A stretch of 64,000 nucleotides of DNA, taken from positions 133,116,001 to 133,180,000 of the forward strand of contig NW_024704742.1 in NCBI RefSeq assembly GCF_018977255.1. Reading direction: 5' to 3'. Positions 36,447 to 49,714 of this stretch are shown piece after piece. The notes under the pieces are model-generated. The model had not been told where the DNA came from. It worked only from the letters and a program-made list of their open reading frames with translations, and made no database searches. The position numbers were made by a program, and so were the translations under genes. The stretch's first letter is position 1, and each line of letters starts with the position of its first letter. This stretch comes from Callorhinchus milii (taxonomy: Eukaryota).

Positions 36447-39400
36447 AGAGAAAACAAATTGTGAGGAATCCACGCTTTGTATTTTGCACGTGTGGAATGT
36501 GGATGCAAGGAATCTGCCCTGCAAAATGCTGAAGGGTGAAAATCCACAGGAACCTGGAGCTCTGATCCCTGTGAAATTTAATGGACACACACCCATGCAC
36601 GCACACACACTTACACACACAAACTCGCACTCAAATAAAGTGAATTGAAGGAAAACAAAGCAAACCAAGGATCTCTGCAGCATCATGCCATCACGTAGAT
36701 GTATTCTTTCCGATGGGCTAAATGGTTACCGTTTAATCTCATGTCGGACGTTTCCGCAAGGGGATAAAAAAAATATATATATCCATCATAAAGAGAATCG
36801 AATGTGAAACGCCAACAACATACAGCTAAATTGTCATGCCAAAGACTCTGTGATTTACCTGAACTGATAACTACCAATGCTCTGCTTCCTCCAACCAACT
36901 CCTTCCCCTCCCCATCCCTCACACACACACGCCCCCACTCCCCTCACCCCCACCAAACAAAAATAATAACAAAACACCCTGCATCCGCGTAAGTGAGATT
37001 GGGCGCTAATTGAACGGCAGGTTCACTGTTGGCATCAGTACTGTGAAATTTTTCTGAGTGCGCAGATTTTTTGACCTGCAATTTTATCACTAGTGTTTTA
37101 AAGAATGTTTTTGTACTTTAACGGCCGGTTGTCAGATGATGGACAGTCACAACCTGCGACAAACACTGTGCTCTCTCTACCCGCCTGAGAATGGACTGCA
37201 TTGACTTTTTTTTACTGGGAGATGACGTATTTGTATGCTATGTGGGAAGCTTTGAAACTTTGAGGAGTTTCATTGTTCAAGCCTTCCATTTAAGCGTTGC
37301 TTGGTTTGACCATCTTCTTTTTCAAAGCAGATGAAAGGAATGTAAAGGTACTACAGTTTTAATCCTCCACGTGCGTTCGTTCCAGCCTACATTACCCTTT
37401 GACAGCACGGAAGTTTCCGACTAACTGCAACTTGGCTGTACAGGGAGCGAGCGAGAGGAGTCATGTATTTGTCTAATCACTTAATAATAATCACCAATAG
37501 ATTTAGTTTTTTGCAGAAGGCTCAGTTCGTCCACACACGCCTCTTTCTGTAAAATAATTTAACGCTTTATCGTACGTAATTGCTCGAAGTCACTTATTTA
37601 ACGGTACAAGTGGTTAAGTGTTAGCGTTAGATGTTGTAAGAAGTTAGATAAAAAATGATCCTTTTTGTGTAAAAAAACTGCTTAAGAACTCACTTGTTAG
37701 AAAATGGTCATCTGATGGCATCATGTTAAATGTATAAGTATTTGTTTGATTTTCAGGGTTCTTTACGTATAAATGTAATTGTCTCAAAACTTGTTTGAAT
37801 TCACACCTTAATCCGAATCCACACTTTAATCAATATCAGTACACAGAATCCGCTAAGCAAATTATCTGTCTGATCCAAATCAAGTTACTCAATACTTTAC
37901 CCTAAAGCTTTATGTGGTATGATTTTACAGTGCCTCTACTTATCCCAACCCAGTTTTGTATAATGTGGTTCCCAAAGGGAAATTTGTGCAGTGCCCTTTT
38001 CCAAATGAAACACACGTACAGTGTGTTCCTAGAGTCACAGAGATCGCAGTGTGGAAGGAGACCATTCATCCCAAGGAACTGAGCCCAAACTGGTGCTCGT
38101 TCACCCACTGGAGCTAATTCCAAATTCATTGCTCTTTCCCTGAAGCCTTTTACAATGTTCCCGCTTCAAATCTTTATTCAGTTCCCCTTTTATGCTGTTG
38201 GGATCACATCTTAAGTAGCCATTGGGGGTATTCAAAAAATCCGCACCGCAGGGATTTCCACAACAACGGAAGATTGACATCGGAACCAACGTTGCCAAAT
38301 TTTTTNAAGACTTGGCCAGAATATAGCAGATGTAGCCACATCCAATAGTTAGGTCTTTGCCTCCCAGGCAAGGATAGACTGCTTTAACTCCAGTGCTAGA
38401 TTGAAAACCCCATGTTGAAAAGTTCCCCAAACTTGTTTCTGGCTATCTGCAAAAAAGGGCATCCAAACCAACGATTTCTTCACAAACTTATGGTGTCAGA
38501 AGGGAAATCTATCTGCAGTTTCTAAATATCCTCTTTTCTATAAGTTGATGAGGTTTGGAAGGAACTGTTGCCTTGGATATCTCTGCGTGTACCTTCTCAT
38601 AGCGTTGCTTCCCATTGTACCCAAGAAGGATTTAATCAGATCAAAAATTATTCTATTTATTTCTGGTTCCAGTTTGGTTTATCCGGTTGGATCCTCAACT
38701 CTTCTTTCTCCCTCATACCAGTTCTCTGACCAAGACTACTTTCCTTCACCTCAGCCATGTCACTCCCTACCTCATTCCACATGCCACTGAGCCCCTTTTA
38801 TTATGTCTTCATTTTTACCTCCCGCCTGAACCTTTCTGAAGCACTCTTCGCTGATCTCCCTTGCTGTACCATTTATAGATATCAGCTCATCCAAAACTCT
38901 GCTGCCCGTATCCCCATCCTTATCCTCACATCCACGGCCCTAGTCCTTGCCAGGTTCCATTGGCTTCGATCTCTCAGTGAATCCCAGATCTCAGCCTCAC
39001 CTGCAAATCCTTTCACGTTCTTCACATCACCCCATCTCTCTATCTCCTCCGACCCCTTTTGCTCAGCTACCTCGGGCTTGCTCACTCTCTCCATGTCACC
39101 ATCGCCCCAATTCTACAGCCCTGAGCTCCGGAACTCCCTACCTTGGTTCCTCCGTCTTGTTCGCTCTCTACCTGTCCCAGTCTTGCCTTAAAACTTACCT
39201 TTTCAAGTCACCTCTCCTTTCCCCCTCACCCCATCCTCCCCCACATGCCCACCCACTGCGAAGCGCTTCAAGGCATTATTCAACAAGAGGGCGCCATGTC
39301 AATGCAAGCTGTCGCTATTATAACATAGGCTTTCGCCTACAAAATACACTTCACTTCACAGTGAATCCTGTGGAGCACTTTGAGGCGTCCTCCCGACATG

Positions 39401-40045
39401 AAAAGTGCTGTATCAAATGCAAGGATTATTGTTATAATATTTATTAAAATCATAATAATAGCAATAATAAAGCTTCACTTCCTCTTCTGGTTTTCTCTGA
39501 AATCTGCACTGTCTTGGATGCGGATTTACATGTCAGCATTAATCCTGGTGTCAGTTATTCTTTGTAAAACGATGTCTTAATCTATTAAAAATAAATTACA
39601 GGCATCAAAGCCAGGATTGTTGTTATTCATCCCAAATAGCCATGTGTGTTCTCTCCCTCCCTCTCCCCCCCACCCCATCTAGTCAGTCAACATAGCATCT
39701 ACATACAAAACTCACCACTCCCGTCACACCGCCCCCCCATCTCTCCCATCTCCTCCCTCAAGTTGAATACTTTTTATGTGATTCTCAAACGTGTTCTTCT
39801 TCCCTCTTTTGTCGGTGAGTAACTGTACCTTACGAACAATCCAAATATCATGTATTTTGCTGAAATTGGTTTGTGTAACAATACATCGTGCCAGTGTCAA
39901 TTATTTGCTTTCTATTGTATTTCATGTATCATTTTTGAACAGTAAAGTTGAGTTTTTCAGATGTACCATGAGTCACTTGTTTGTCCTATAATTCAAGCTT
40001 GTTGCATGTTACTTTTGATCAATAAAATGTGTGCTTAGCTGGATC
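36447..40045 (+). other. CNTFR: Probable terminal exon: last base of split TGA stop plus long 3' UTR
   Basis: (TCTG)n/CT-rich tract 36350-36444 ending TTCTAG|A; the A completes TG|A. Followed by ~1.5 kb of repeat-free sequence and an AT-rich block 39470-40030 ending in AATAAA. The 3' end is inferred; other AATAAA at 36634 and ~39466. Confidence 0.6.
40021..40026 (+). terminator. Candidate distal polyadenylation signal
   Basis: AATAAA after ~300 bp of U-rich, TGTA-containing unique sequence; repeat-dense DNA resumes shortly after. Confidence 0.5.
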
Positions 40046-40429
40046 CCGAGTGATCACATTGCATTGATCCCAGGTGATCATACTGCACTGATCCCATATT
40101 AGCTATGAAATTTAGGCCCCAAATTCCACATAGTCTTTGCCTATAAGATCATTTTGTCTTGACAAGATCACAGCTTCGGTTGGATGAAGAAGATCCTTTG
40201 GCCCATCTGATCTCATCCTTCTAAAATACTCACTCTACTGCTCCATCACAGCATCAAGTCCAGTGTACTCGCATCAACCACTCATCCTGATAACCTGCCC
40301 CAGTCATTAATTCCTCTCGGGATAGAAAAATCTCCTGGTGTCTGCCTGAAATAGCTCTTTGTGAATCTAAACCTGTGTCATCTTGTTCTACTGTCTTGGT
40401 ACATCCTAAAGATTGATCTAGGTTTAATT

Positions 40430-40797
40430 TGTGGAGTCCCGTATTGGAGTAGTTAGCCGCTTGCCTTGCAAGCGAGAGAACCTGGGTTTGATTTCCGGGG
40501 TGAAACCTTAGGCAAGTTTCCTTGCTCCACACGCCTCTGTTTACCGAGCAGTAAGTAGGAACGCAGTCGTTAGTCCATTGGCGGATCACTCTATAGGGGT
40601 AATAATACCCCTCAAAAAATAATAATAATAACTAAATCCACGACTATTTGTGGGACACTGCTGTGCACAATTGACTGCTGTGTTTCACCCACAAAATATA
40701 CAGTCAATTCAATTTACAGTATATTCTGTGAAGCTCTTTTAGACATCTCAATGATGTACTAAGGTGCTATGTCGAACACGAGGATTATTATTATTAA
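40430..40797 (+). mobile_element. tRNA-Ala-headed SINE, full form
   Basis: Head, centre and tail present; follows a minus-strand CR1 end (~40150-40420). Confidence 0.85.
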
Positions 40798-41629
40798 GAT
40801 CCCCACAAACAGCAGTGCCATAAATTTGAACGCTACCTAGGTATTGTTTGGTACCGAATGAACAGACAAGACAGAGAACTGAAGTCAAATAATTCTGGTT
40901 TAGGATGCGGGTGGGGGGGGGGTTGGGGGGGTGGGGGGGCGAGGAGAGGAAGAAGGGGAAAGGGGTAGAAAGAGGTTTGCAGCTGTTTCTGCTGCTAAGG
41001 AATGCATTTGACCAAAACATTCCATAACTCACTTGGATGGGTAGATAGAATAACAACCTTATGAACTCTGTTCTTTTATTCTCTTTTGGTTCTCCTGGGG
41101 TGCGATATGAATTTTTGTAAATGTTCAGGGATACTTTCTCTTTAGGGTTTTAAATTACCTTCATTCTGAACCAATTCTCTCTAAAAAGGGCTTGGGTCAA
41201 CCAATGAAAAGTGGGAACATTTTGAACTCTTTAAAGAGCAAAGGGAGAGTTCACATGTTGTGTTCCTTAAGGGAACACACGCAAGATTAATGTGGAATTT
41301 GCTGAGAGAATGAGGTAGGTACCTTTACTTTCTCTTTTGGCTTGTTGTTTCTAGCCTTCCTAGCCTCCTAATCCTCCAACGCAGTGCTGGGGAAATTGTT
41401 GCAATGGTCGGAGGTGCTGTCCTTCGGATAAGACATTGAAAACCGTCAGTGCCTGTTCAAGTGGATGTTAAAGATCACATTAAAGCGTTTTCAAAGCCAT
41501 CCATGGCCTTGCTCCTCCCTACTTCTGGGACCTGTTAACCCCATACCAGCCAGTCTGCTGTCTCTGCTCGGAAGACTCCAACCTGCTCCATGTCCCCCGC
41601 TCTGCGTGCTCCATCATCAGTGGTCGGGC

Positions 41630-42030
41630 CATCACTGAACAGATCAACTTCAAGATCCTCACACTCGTGTTCAAATCTCTTCACTCTCTGGCACCTCCTT
41701 TCCTCTGACCTCCGCACTCCCCAATCCATCACCCGGCGCCTCCGCTCAACTGGCACCGGCCTCCTGCTCATCCCTCCGACCCACCACTGGAGGTCGCGCT
41801 TTCAGCCACTATATCCCAAAACTCTGGAACACTCTCCTCCAATCCCTCCACCTTAACTCTTCTCTCCCCTTTTTCAAGTCCCGCCTGGAAACCTTCCTCT
41901 TCCAATGTGCTTATGGCCACTTCTTTCCCCTCTCCCCCAGGCTCGGAGTCAAGCTCCGCCACTGTTAAGCGCTCTGAGATGCTACCCTGCAGGGAGGGCG
42001 CTATATAAGTTCAAGTTGTTGTTGTTGTTG
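41630..42030 (+). mobile_element. L2 3' fragment, tail B
   Basis: Tail CTCTGAGATGCTACCCTGCAGGGAGGGCGCTATATAAG..(TTG)n; a similar copy lies at 42322-42726. Confidence 0.8.
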
Positions 42031-43494
42031 TCTTTACCTCAGGGTTGTGGTCCTTTAGCATTTCCTTCTGGGTTGTTCAAGAGAAATATTGGGAAGGGTT
42101 AAATTTCTGAACACGGTTAAAAAATGTTCCCTGAAACCATTTAAGAACAAACGTGGAGAAAGGCCAAACCCTTGGGTAACCAGACTGAGTTGTAGCCCCT
42201 TTCCCTCTGAGTCAGTAGATTGTGGGTTCAAGCCCCACATCAGGACTTTGAAATCACACAGTCTAGGTTGATGTTCTGATGCATTGCTCAGGGGTGGGGT
42301 GGTGGGGGTGGGGATGCGGAAGGCACCACTGGCTCCCAATTACCGAACGGATCGATTTTAAGATCCTCTCACTTGTATTCAAATCCCTTCATGCCTGTGC
42401 ACCTCCCTACCTATCCAATTTGCTTACACCCCCCACCCGTTGCCTCGCTCAGCCGGCTCTGGCCTCCTCTCCATCCCTTGTCACCTCCGCTCTATCATAG
42501 CTGCACAGCCTTCGGTCACTATCCCCCGAAATTCTGGAACTCTCTCCCTCAATCCCTCCGCCTTGGCCCCCTCCCTTACCACTTTCAAAACCGCCTAAAA
42601 ATCATGCATATGGTCACTTGCCCCCCTCCCTCTTCCCCTGGCTCAGTGTCGGACTCCTTTACTGTGAAGCCTTCCAGGAAGCTACCCCCGCGTGAAGGGC
42701 ACTATATAAATGCAAGTTGTTGTTGAGTGCTGAGTTGTTGGAGGTGCCGTCCTGAACCTGGGGCCGGATTTACCCAGAATTTGGCAAATTATCGACCATT
42801 GAGATACGCTTTACGAAATTTTTAAAAAGAAACTCCCACAATTCCAGTCACTGAGTTAAGACTATCTTTAAGAAGTCGTCAAGTTTAGATGCCCTGAAGT
42901 GCTACATTAAAAGATTAAATCTTGCTTTCTGGGGGTAATAATACCTTCCAAGTTTTTTAAAAATACATTTAATCACTCAATCCAAGATTGCTTGTGGGAC
43001 ACTGTTGTACGTAATTGCCTGCCATTTTTTGTCCATAAAATACAGACTTGATCCATTTTGTAGTATATTCTGTGAAATGTCTCAGTGACGTGATAAAACC
43101 GTATATCAACTACAAGGATTATTATTATTATTGCCTGCTCTTGCCTCGTATCCTCTAATACTATATTTCAGCATGTGCTGATCTAATTCCTTGTTAAGTT
43201 ACCACCATTACCAAACCCCCCACCAATCAGCCCTGCTCCAACAGCTAATCACTCTATATGGAATGAAGCACTTTGGAGCTAGGTTCACAAATTAAATAAG
43301 TTTTGGGGGGATGGGAGGAGCTGGGGGGGCCTTGGGAGGAGCTTTAATAATAAGGCAAGTTTGCTGTGGCAGACAGCCGAGGGCCCAGACTGCGATTGAG
43401 ATCGAGGCACGTGATTGTGAATTGGCCTCGGGCCCCTTTGCACTTCAAGCAGGAATCCTTCACCGTAAGTGCTCAGCTAATGGCAACTGCTGCA

Positions 43495-43567
43495 GAGGAT
43501 ATGAGGGAGAGGATATGAGAGAGAGGATATGAGAGCGAGGATATGAGAGAGAGGATATGAGAGCGAG
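43495..43567 (+). repeat. Minisatellite, 14-bp unit GAGGATATGAG(A/G)G(A/C) x5
   Basis: Five tandem units read directly. Confidence 0.9.
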
Positions 43568-43677
43568 AAAGTGCATAATGGTCACTTTGCTGAGGAAAGC
43601 TGTCGGAGGGAGAGGAGGAGAGTAAATTGGTGACAGGAAAAAGAAAACATAGAAAAGGTTGATTTGACTTGGATTAA

Positions 43678-44480
43678 GGTGTCGCTCTGGCTCAGTTGGT
43701 AGCAGTCTCATCTCTGATTCAGGAGGTTGTGGGCTTAAGCCCCACATTGTGGATTCCTGCAGCTTAGTGGTTAGAGCACTCGTCTCACAAGCGAGAGATC
43801 TGGGTTCGATTCCCGGCAGCACGAAACATTGGGCAAGTTTCCTTACTCACACGCCTCTGTTTAACGAATCCGGTACTCTAACACCTAGCAGTAAGTCGGA
43901 ACCCAGTTGATAGTCGATTGGCGGATCGCTTTTCCTGGAGTAATAATCATTTCAAAAAATAATAATAATAAATTGGTCACTCAATCCACGACTGTTTGTG
44001 GGACACTGCTGTACATAATTGGCTGCTGCATTTTGCCCACAAAATACACAGTCAATTCATTTTAGAGTATATTCTGTGAGGTGCTTTGAGACATCTCAAC
44101 GACGTGATAAGGCGCTATATCAAATACAAGGATTATTGTTATTAATGATGACTTTGAAGTCACATAATCTAAGATGACACTCCAATACAGTACCAGGGGA
44201 ACATATTTGTCGGAGGTGCTGTTCCTTGGATGGAACATTAAACCGAGGTCTTGTCTGCCTGTTCAAATTCATGTTAAAGATCCCATGGCAAAAAGAGAAA
44301 TGAGTTTCTCCCAACAAATAAAACTGTTCATTCTTTTCGTGGCTGTTTGTGGAACATGCCATGCCCAAATTGTCATACAAAATACACAATCATAGCACTT
44401 CAAGTATATCCTGTGAAGCACTTTGAGGCATCTCAACAACATGATTAGGTTCTGTATCAAACGCAAGGATTATTATTAGT
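43678..44480 (+). mobile_element. DeuSINE with a full tRNA-Ala SINE (~43749-44145) inserted after its head
   Basis: Deu head ends AAGCCCCACATT; Ala-SINE follows; Deu body resumes GACTTTGAAGTCACATAATCTA..TTAAAGATCCCATGGCA. Confidence 0.8.
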
Positions 44481-44784
44481 ATTATTTGCTACATTTATTT
44501 CTCTATTGTGTAACATGATAAGCAAACTCCACCTCCCACTGAATCCGCACGGTTGAGATACATGCCAACTTCATGCACAATTGCAGTTTCACAGAAAATG
44601 GCACTCAGCTCAAGAGAGAATAAGTAATGAGCTGCAGATTTGGGCACCCTTTCTGTGTAGGAGTGTTCACCAGAAGCCTTAGGAATATAATTGGCCATTC
44701 AGCCCCTCAAGTCTGTTCCGCCATTCTATTAAATCATGGCTGATCTGCCTTTACATTGTCAGACATAATTCTGAGTGTACAATA

Positions 44785-45080
44785 CAATACAAAATTACAT
44801 TTGTCGAAGGCCTTTCACATCGGGAGGATGTCCCAAGGCGCTGGACAGTCATGGATTTGGACCCAAGCTGGGATTGGGATCAGGGAGGGTGGACGGCAGT
44901 GGGGTAGGAGGGTGACCAAAGGCTCGTTCGAAGAGGAAGGTCTTGAGACATGCCTTGAAGGAGGCAATGGAGGTAACGAGGCAAAGGGAATGTGGGATGG
45001 AGTTCCAAAGGGTGGGGGCAGAGAGGCTGAAGGACCGACTGCTGATAGTGTGGCGGGCCAGACGAGGGAGCAGGCAGGTT
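44785..45080 (-). mobile_element. L2 3' fragment, tail A
   Basis: ORF 44849-45190 LARHTISSRSFSLSAPTLWNSIP..LKTFLF. Confidence 0.8.
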
Positions 45081-45142
45081 GATATGGGAGTGCAGAAAAT
45101 TAGAAGATAAAAAGCACAAAATATTGATGCATAGGAATGCAG

Positions 45143-45145
<3 letters not shown>

Positions 45146-45174
<29 letters not shown>
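45146..45174. repeat. (CA)n microsatellite
   Basis: Read directly. Confidence 0.95.
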
Positions 45175-45177
<3 letters not shown>

Positions 45178-46299
45178 GGTGATTACACAATAAAATATTT
45201 ACGATTTGCTATAATTTTTATTATTTGCGTATTGTTGATTATTATAAATATCATTTTTTGTAAGCGAATACGGCAGCTGTTTTACACATGTCAATATCTG
45301 ACAAACAACCATGAAGTAAACAACCAGTTTTATGTAAGGGATTGTCTTCCAGGACACTAGGAGAAACTCTCTTCTCCATTTGAACAATGCCATGGGATCT
45401 TTAATGTTCAGTTGGACAGGTAGACGGAATCTGAAATGACGGCACCTCTGATAATACAGAACTCCCCCATCATTGCACTGGAGTGTCAGCCCAGACTATA
45501 TGAGTTCAAAGGGCTGAGATGGGGCTGGAACCCATAATAACTAATTAGTAGGTGAAGGAAGCAGCTAAACTGCCCCAGCAACATTAATAATAATACTTGC
45601 ATTTGCTATAGCACCTTATCACGTCTTCGAGACGTCTCAAAGCGCTTTACAGAATACACTGTAAAGTAAACTGACTGCATATTTTGTGGGAAAAACGCAG
45701 CAGCCAAATTGCGCACACAAACAGTCGTGGATTGAAGTCACCAATTAATAGAAGTGCTCACCTCACAAGTGAGAGGGCCTGGGTTTGATTCCCGGGTGTG
45801 GCAAAACCTTAGACAAGTTTCCTTACTCCACACACCAGTTCACCTAACAGTAAATAGGAAACCTTTGTTAGTTGATTGGCAGATTGCTTTCCAGAGGTAA
45901 AAATCTCTCCAAAATAAAATGCAGTCACTTAATCCATGACTGTTTGTGAGACACCGTTGTGCACAATTGGCTGTCACATTTTGTCCACAAAATATAGTGA
46001 ATCCATTTTATAATATACAATATTTTGTGAAGAGCTTTGAGATGTCTCAATGATGTGATAAAGCTCAATATCAAATGCATTGCTTATTATGATAGACACC
46101 AATAAGTTGAATAACCAAACTTAACCTGGGAATTTCAGGATGAGGGATAATTATTCAGCCAGCATATTGTGACAATGTCTCCTTTCTTCTTTCGAATAGT
46201 GTTTTGGGATCTTTAACATGTTCCGGAGGAATTCGCTGCAAAGTTTCTTTCAAATTGTTAAAAACTTAATTGAAGAAGTGTAAAAAACGGTAGTCGTTC

Positions 46300-46620
46300 A
46301 TTTCAAAGGCATTTATTGCACAGTACATTTCACAAAATCATTCTTACAGTTTAATTATCACGGTAGCACGTTACTTTCAATTGTTTCTTAGGACAAACAT
46401 TTTAAGGCCAAACGTTTATTGTGAGTCAATGCGATGCCCAGTAACAGCCTAGCGCTGGATGCCTCCTGGTGGTTGGTACAGAGATGTATCGTTGGTATCG
46501 TGTTTCTTTCGAGCTGACTTGATCTCGGCATGGCGAGCCTGCAAAACCTGATGGTTGCAAAAGCTAGATCACTTTGATTTGCAAACACACCGAGCGCATC
46601 CTCAACTTGTGTCCTGAACG
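46300..46620 (-). mobile_element. Degraded L1/Tx1-like LINE 3' end (tentative)
   Basis: Minus reading VEDALGVF..FCRLA(H-A-EIK with a frameshift) resembles the recalled Tx1-like ORF2 end VKDALW..VF..CCRLAHSKV; AT-rich tail with AATAAA. Confidence 0.4.
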
Positions 46621-46926
46621 TGGGGCTATATCAAGAACTCTTTATTTTTGAAATAAAAAAGAAAAATCCCTTTAGTGTAATTTAGTGCAGCTTTTGAAAG
46701 ACTAAGACATTTCAGCATCGCTTGTAATGCAATGCGGATACCACACATATATCACCCTTCACGTGGGACAGCGTCTCGGTGCATTTAACAGTGGCAGAAC
46801 CTGCAGCCTAGCGAGGAGGTGACGATACGCACGGTCCAATGCGAAGGTCTTCAATCGTGTTCTAAAAGAGAGAAAGAAGGGGGCAAGGCAGAGGAATTGG
46901 GGGAGGGAGTTCCAAAGGCGGAGGGG

Positions 46927-48085
46927 ACAACAACAACAACAACAAGATTACATTTGTATAGCGCCTTTCACGTCAGGAGGACGTCCCAAGGTGCTGGATA
47001 GTGTACAGCATTTCAGACCCGAGCTGAGGTCAGGGGGGGAGAAGGGAGGGGAGAGGAAGGGGGTGGCTGATGGCATGGTTGAAGAGGAGGGACTTGAGGT
47101 GGGACTTGAAAGAGGCTAAGGAGGGGTGAGGCGGAGTGATTGGGGATGGAATTCCAGAGGTTGGGGGCAGAGTGGCTGAAGGCTCTCCCGTCAATGTTGG
47201 GGCTGGTGGGTCGGGGGACATAGAGTAGACTGGAGCCGGCTGAGCAGAGGGAGCGGGCGGGTTGGTAGGGGGTTAGAAGGTCTCAGAGGTAGGGTGGGGA
47301 GAGGCCATGGAGGGCTTTGTAGGTGAGGATCAGGATCTTGAACTGGATCCTCTGAAGGATAGGGAGCCAGTGGAGTCGGCGAGAATGGGGGAGATGGGGT
47401 CATGGAGTTTGGTGCGGGAGAGGACATGGGCTGCAGAGTTCTGGATTATCTGCAGCCTGTGGAGGGAGGAGTTGGGAAGGCCGACGAGCAGGGCATTGGC
47501 ATAGTCGAGCCTGGAGGTGATGAAGGCATGAAGTACAGTTTCAGCGCCCTGAGGGGTGAGGTAGTGGTGGAATCGGGCAATGTTATGCAGGTGAGGGAAG
47601 GCAGTGCGAGTCATGGCTTGGATGTGGGGAAGAAAAGACAGTTGAGGGTCGAGCGAGACACCGAGGTTCCTGACTGGTTTGGTGAGTTGTAGTGTGCAAC
47701 CGTGGAGGTTGATGCTGCCAGAGCCTGAGGTGCAGAGGCGCAGGCGTGAGCCAATCAGGAGGGCCTCAGTCTTGTTCATATTCAACTGTAGGAAATTTGC
47801 CCTCATCCAGGACTTGATGTCCGACAGACAGTCTATCAGGACAGCAGTGGTCCTGGAGTTGAGGGTGGAGGAGGAAAGATAGAGTTGGGTGTCATCCGCA
47901 TACATGTGGAAGTTGACCCCATGTCTGCGGATGATGTCACCAAGGGGGAGCATGTAGATATTAAAGAGGAGAGGGCCAAGGACAGAGCCCTGGGGGATGC
48001 CTGACGTGACAGTGCAGGGGCTGGAGGAGAAACCGTTAGAGACAAGGGACAAGCAGGAGGCCAGAGCCAGCCGAGCAGAGGCAAT
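46927..48085 (-). mobile_element. L2-clade LINE, longest copy (5'-truncated, RT C-terminal half)
   Basis: ORF 47330-48052: [50 protein letters not shown]; frameshift near LARLHW (~47370); (TTG)n tail. Confidence 0.95.
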
Positions 48086-48751
48086 GGGTAGTAGAATGAA
48101 GAGGCACTATTGGAAAAGAGAAGGGAGTTTCTTGGCCAATGATATTCCAGATTAATTGATCATTCAAAGTTTGCCATAAAAAACAGTCACTAAAATTGAC
48201 AGCAGTTACTTGTGAAGCTCTTTACGATACTTCAAAGCCATGAGGTAAAATAAAAAAATCAAGATTTTTCCTTTAAAAAACGATCATAAATCATATCACA
48301 ATATTTGATCTACCACATTACAGAAACAACATAAATTCTTCAGTGAAAGCTGGTATATATTAAAAGACTGCAAGTTCTATAATCTCCTCGTAATAGTTTT
48401 CTAATGTCTCAGCAGACAGAAGAATGAATAGCTCCATCTTTATCATCAGAAAATATGTTATTAAAGTAATGATGAATAAAAGATGCACATTAATTATGAA
48501 AGTCTGTAAGTACACTGCCGTGCACAAGATGGATAAATGGCCGAGGTTTGTTTTTCCTTTAAAGCCATTTAAGTTGTTTTATCTATTCATGTGGCCTATT
48601 AGCAAAGAGAAGAGCTAAAATGCTTCCATTTAAAAAGTCTAGGGACTTGAGCCACATCAGTACTTGAATATAGTGCTCCATCAAAAGCTAATCACAGAAT
48701 GATTTCTGTCCAATGCAAACATGTTTTCTCTTGGTTGACTGCGTGGGGCAT

Positions 48752-49105
48752 AATGATAATAATCCTTGCCTTTGATGTGGAGCCTAATCACGCCGTTGAG
48801 ACATCTCAAACCGCTTCACAGAATATATTGTAAAATGGATTTGTGGGCGAAACACAGCAGTCAATTTCGCATAGTAGTGTACCCCAAACATTCATGGATT
48901 GAGTAACCAAATGTTTTTTTTTCACAGGGCAGGGATTATTATCCCCAGAAAGCGATCTGCCAATTGACTAACGACCAAGTTCCAGCTTACTGCTAGGTAA
49001 ACAGAGTCGTGTGGAATAAGGCAACTTGCGTAAGGTGTCATCCTGCCAGGAATCGAACCCGGGTCCTCTCGCTTGCGAGTGGGCTAACCACTACACTACT
49101 GGACC
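48752..49105 (-). mobile_element. tRNA-Ala-headed SINE, full form
   Basis: Head, centre and tail present. Confidence 0.85.
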
Positions 49106-49159
49106 TCATGAATTGACATTGAGGTTAAATCTGCAATATTTTTTAACAGGTTCCTCATT

Positions 49160-49550
49160 AATAACTTCTGCCTTTTAGTGTAGCGCCTTTCATGTAGGGG
49201 GAATGTATCATAAAGTTTAGCATAAAGTGCAGTGACTTCGATATTTTTGGCAACTTTGCAGCCTGTTTCGCACATAACAATGTCCCACAAATAGCCATGA
49301 AGCGAACAATCACCTTTTTCTGTGGAGCTGTCAGTCAGGACACCAGTAGAAACCTCCCTCCTTTTAGAACAGAAACATGAGATCTTTAGCGTTCACCTGA
49401 ACAGCCAGACAGGACCTCAGCTTAACATCTCATCCAAAGTGCAGGACTCCCCCAGTATTGCAGTTGAGTGTCAGCCTGGACTATCTGAGTTCAATGCCTC
49501 ACATAACCTTAAAACGCAGAGGAGTCCTACCAGCTGAGCCAGGCTGACAC
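49160..49550 (-). mobile_element. DeuSINE
   Basis: Reverse Deu GATCTTTAGCGTTCACCTGAAC and head CAGCTGAGCCAGGCTGACAC. Confidence 0.7.
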
Positions 49551-49714
49551 CTCATAAGGAATGTGTAAATATCTAAGTTTTAATGGGCTCCAGGCTTCAC
49601 TAAAGAATTTATTTGTGTCTGTGATATTGTACTGTGATTTATGAGCATTTCTGAAAGAAAAGAAGTGTTTTTTTCTGTGTGCTTGTGGCAATGCAGCATC
49701 TTGAAGAGCTTCAC

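Noticed and set aside
38101..38430. 109-aa minus-strand ORF
   Set aside because: Overlaps degenerate CR1-like sequence and an N; no recognisable domain.
43495..43567. CRISPR-like array
   Set aside because: Head-to-tail 14-bp units with no spacers; ordinary minisatellite.
47330..48052. Functional reverse-transcriptase gene or novel RT system
   Set aside because: 5'-truncated, frameshifted L2 ORF2 fragment without an endonuclease domain.
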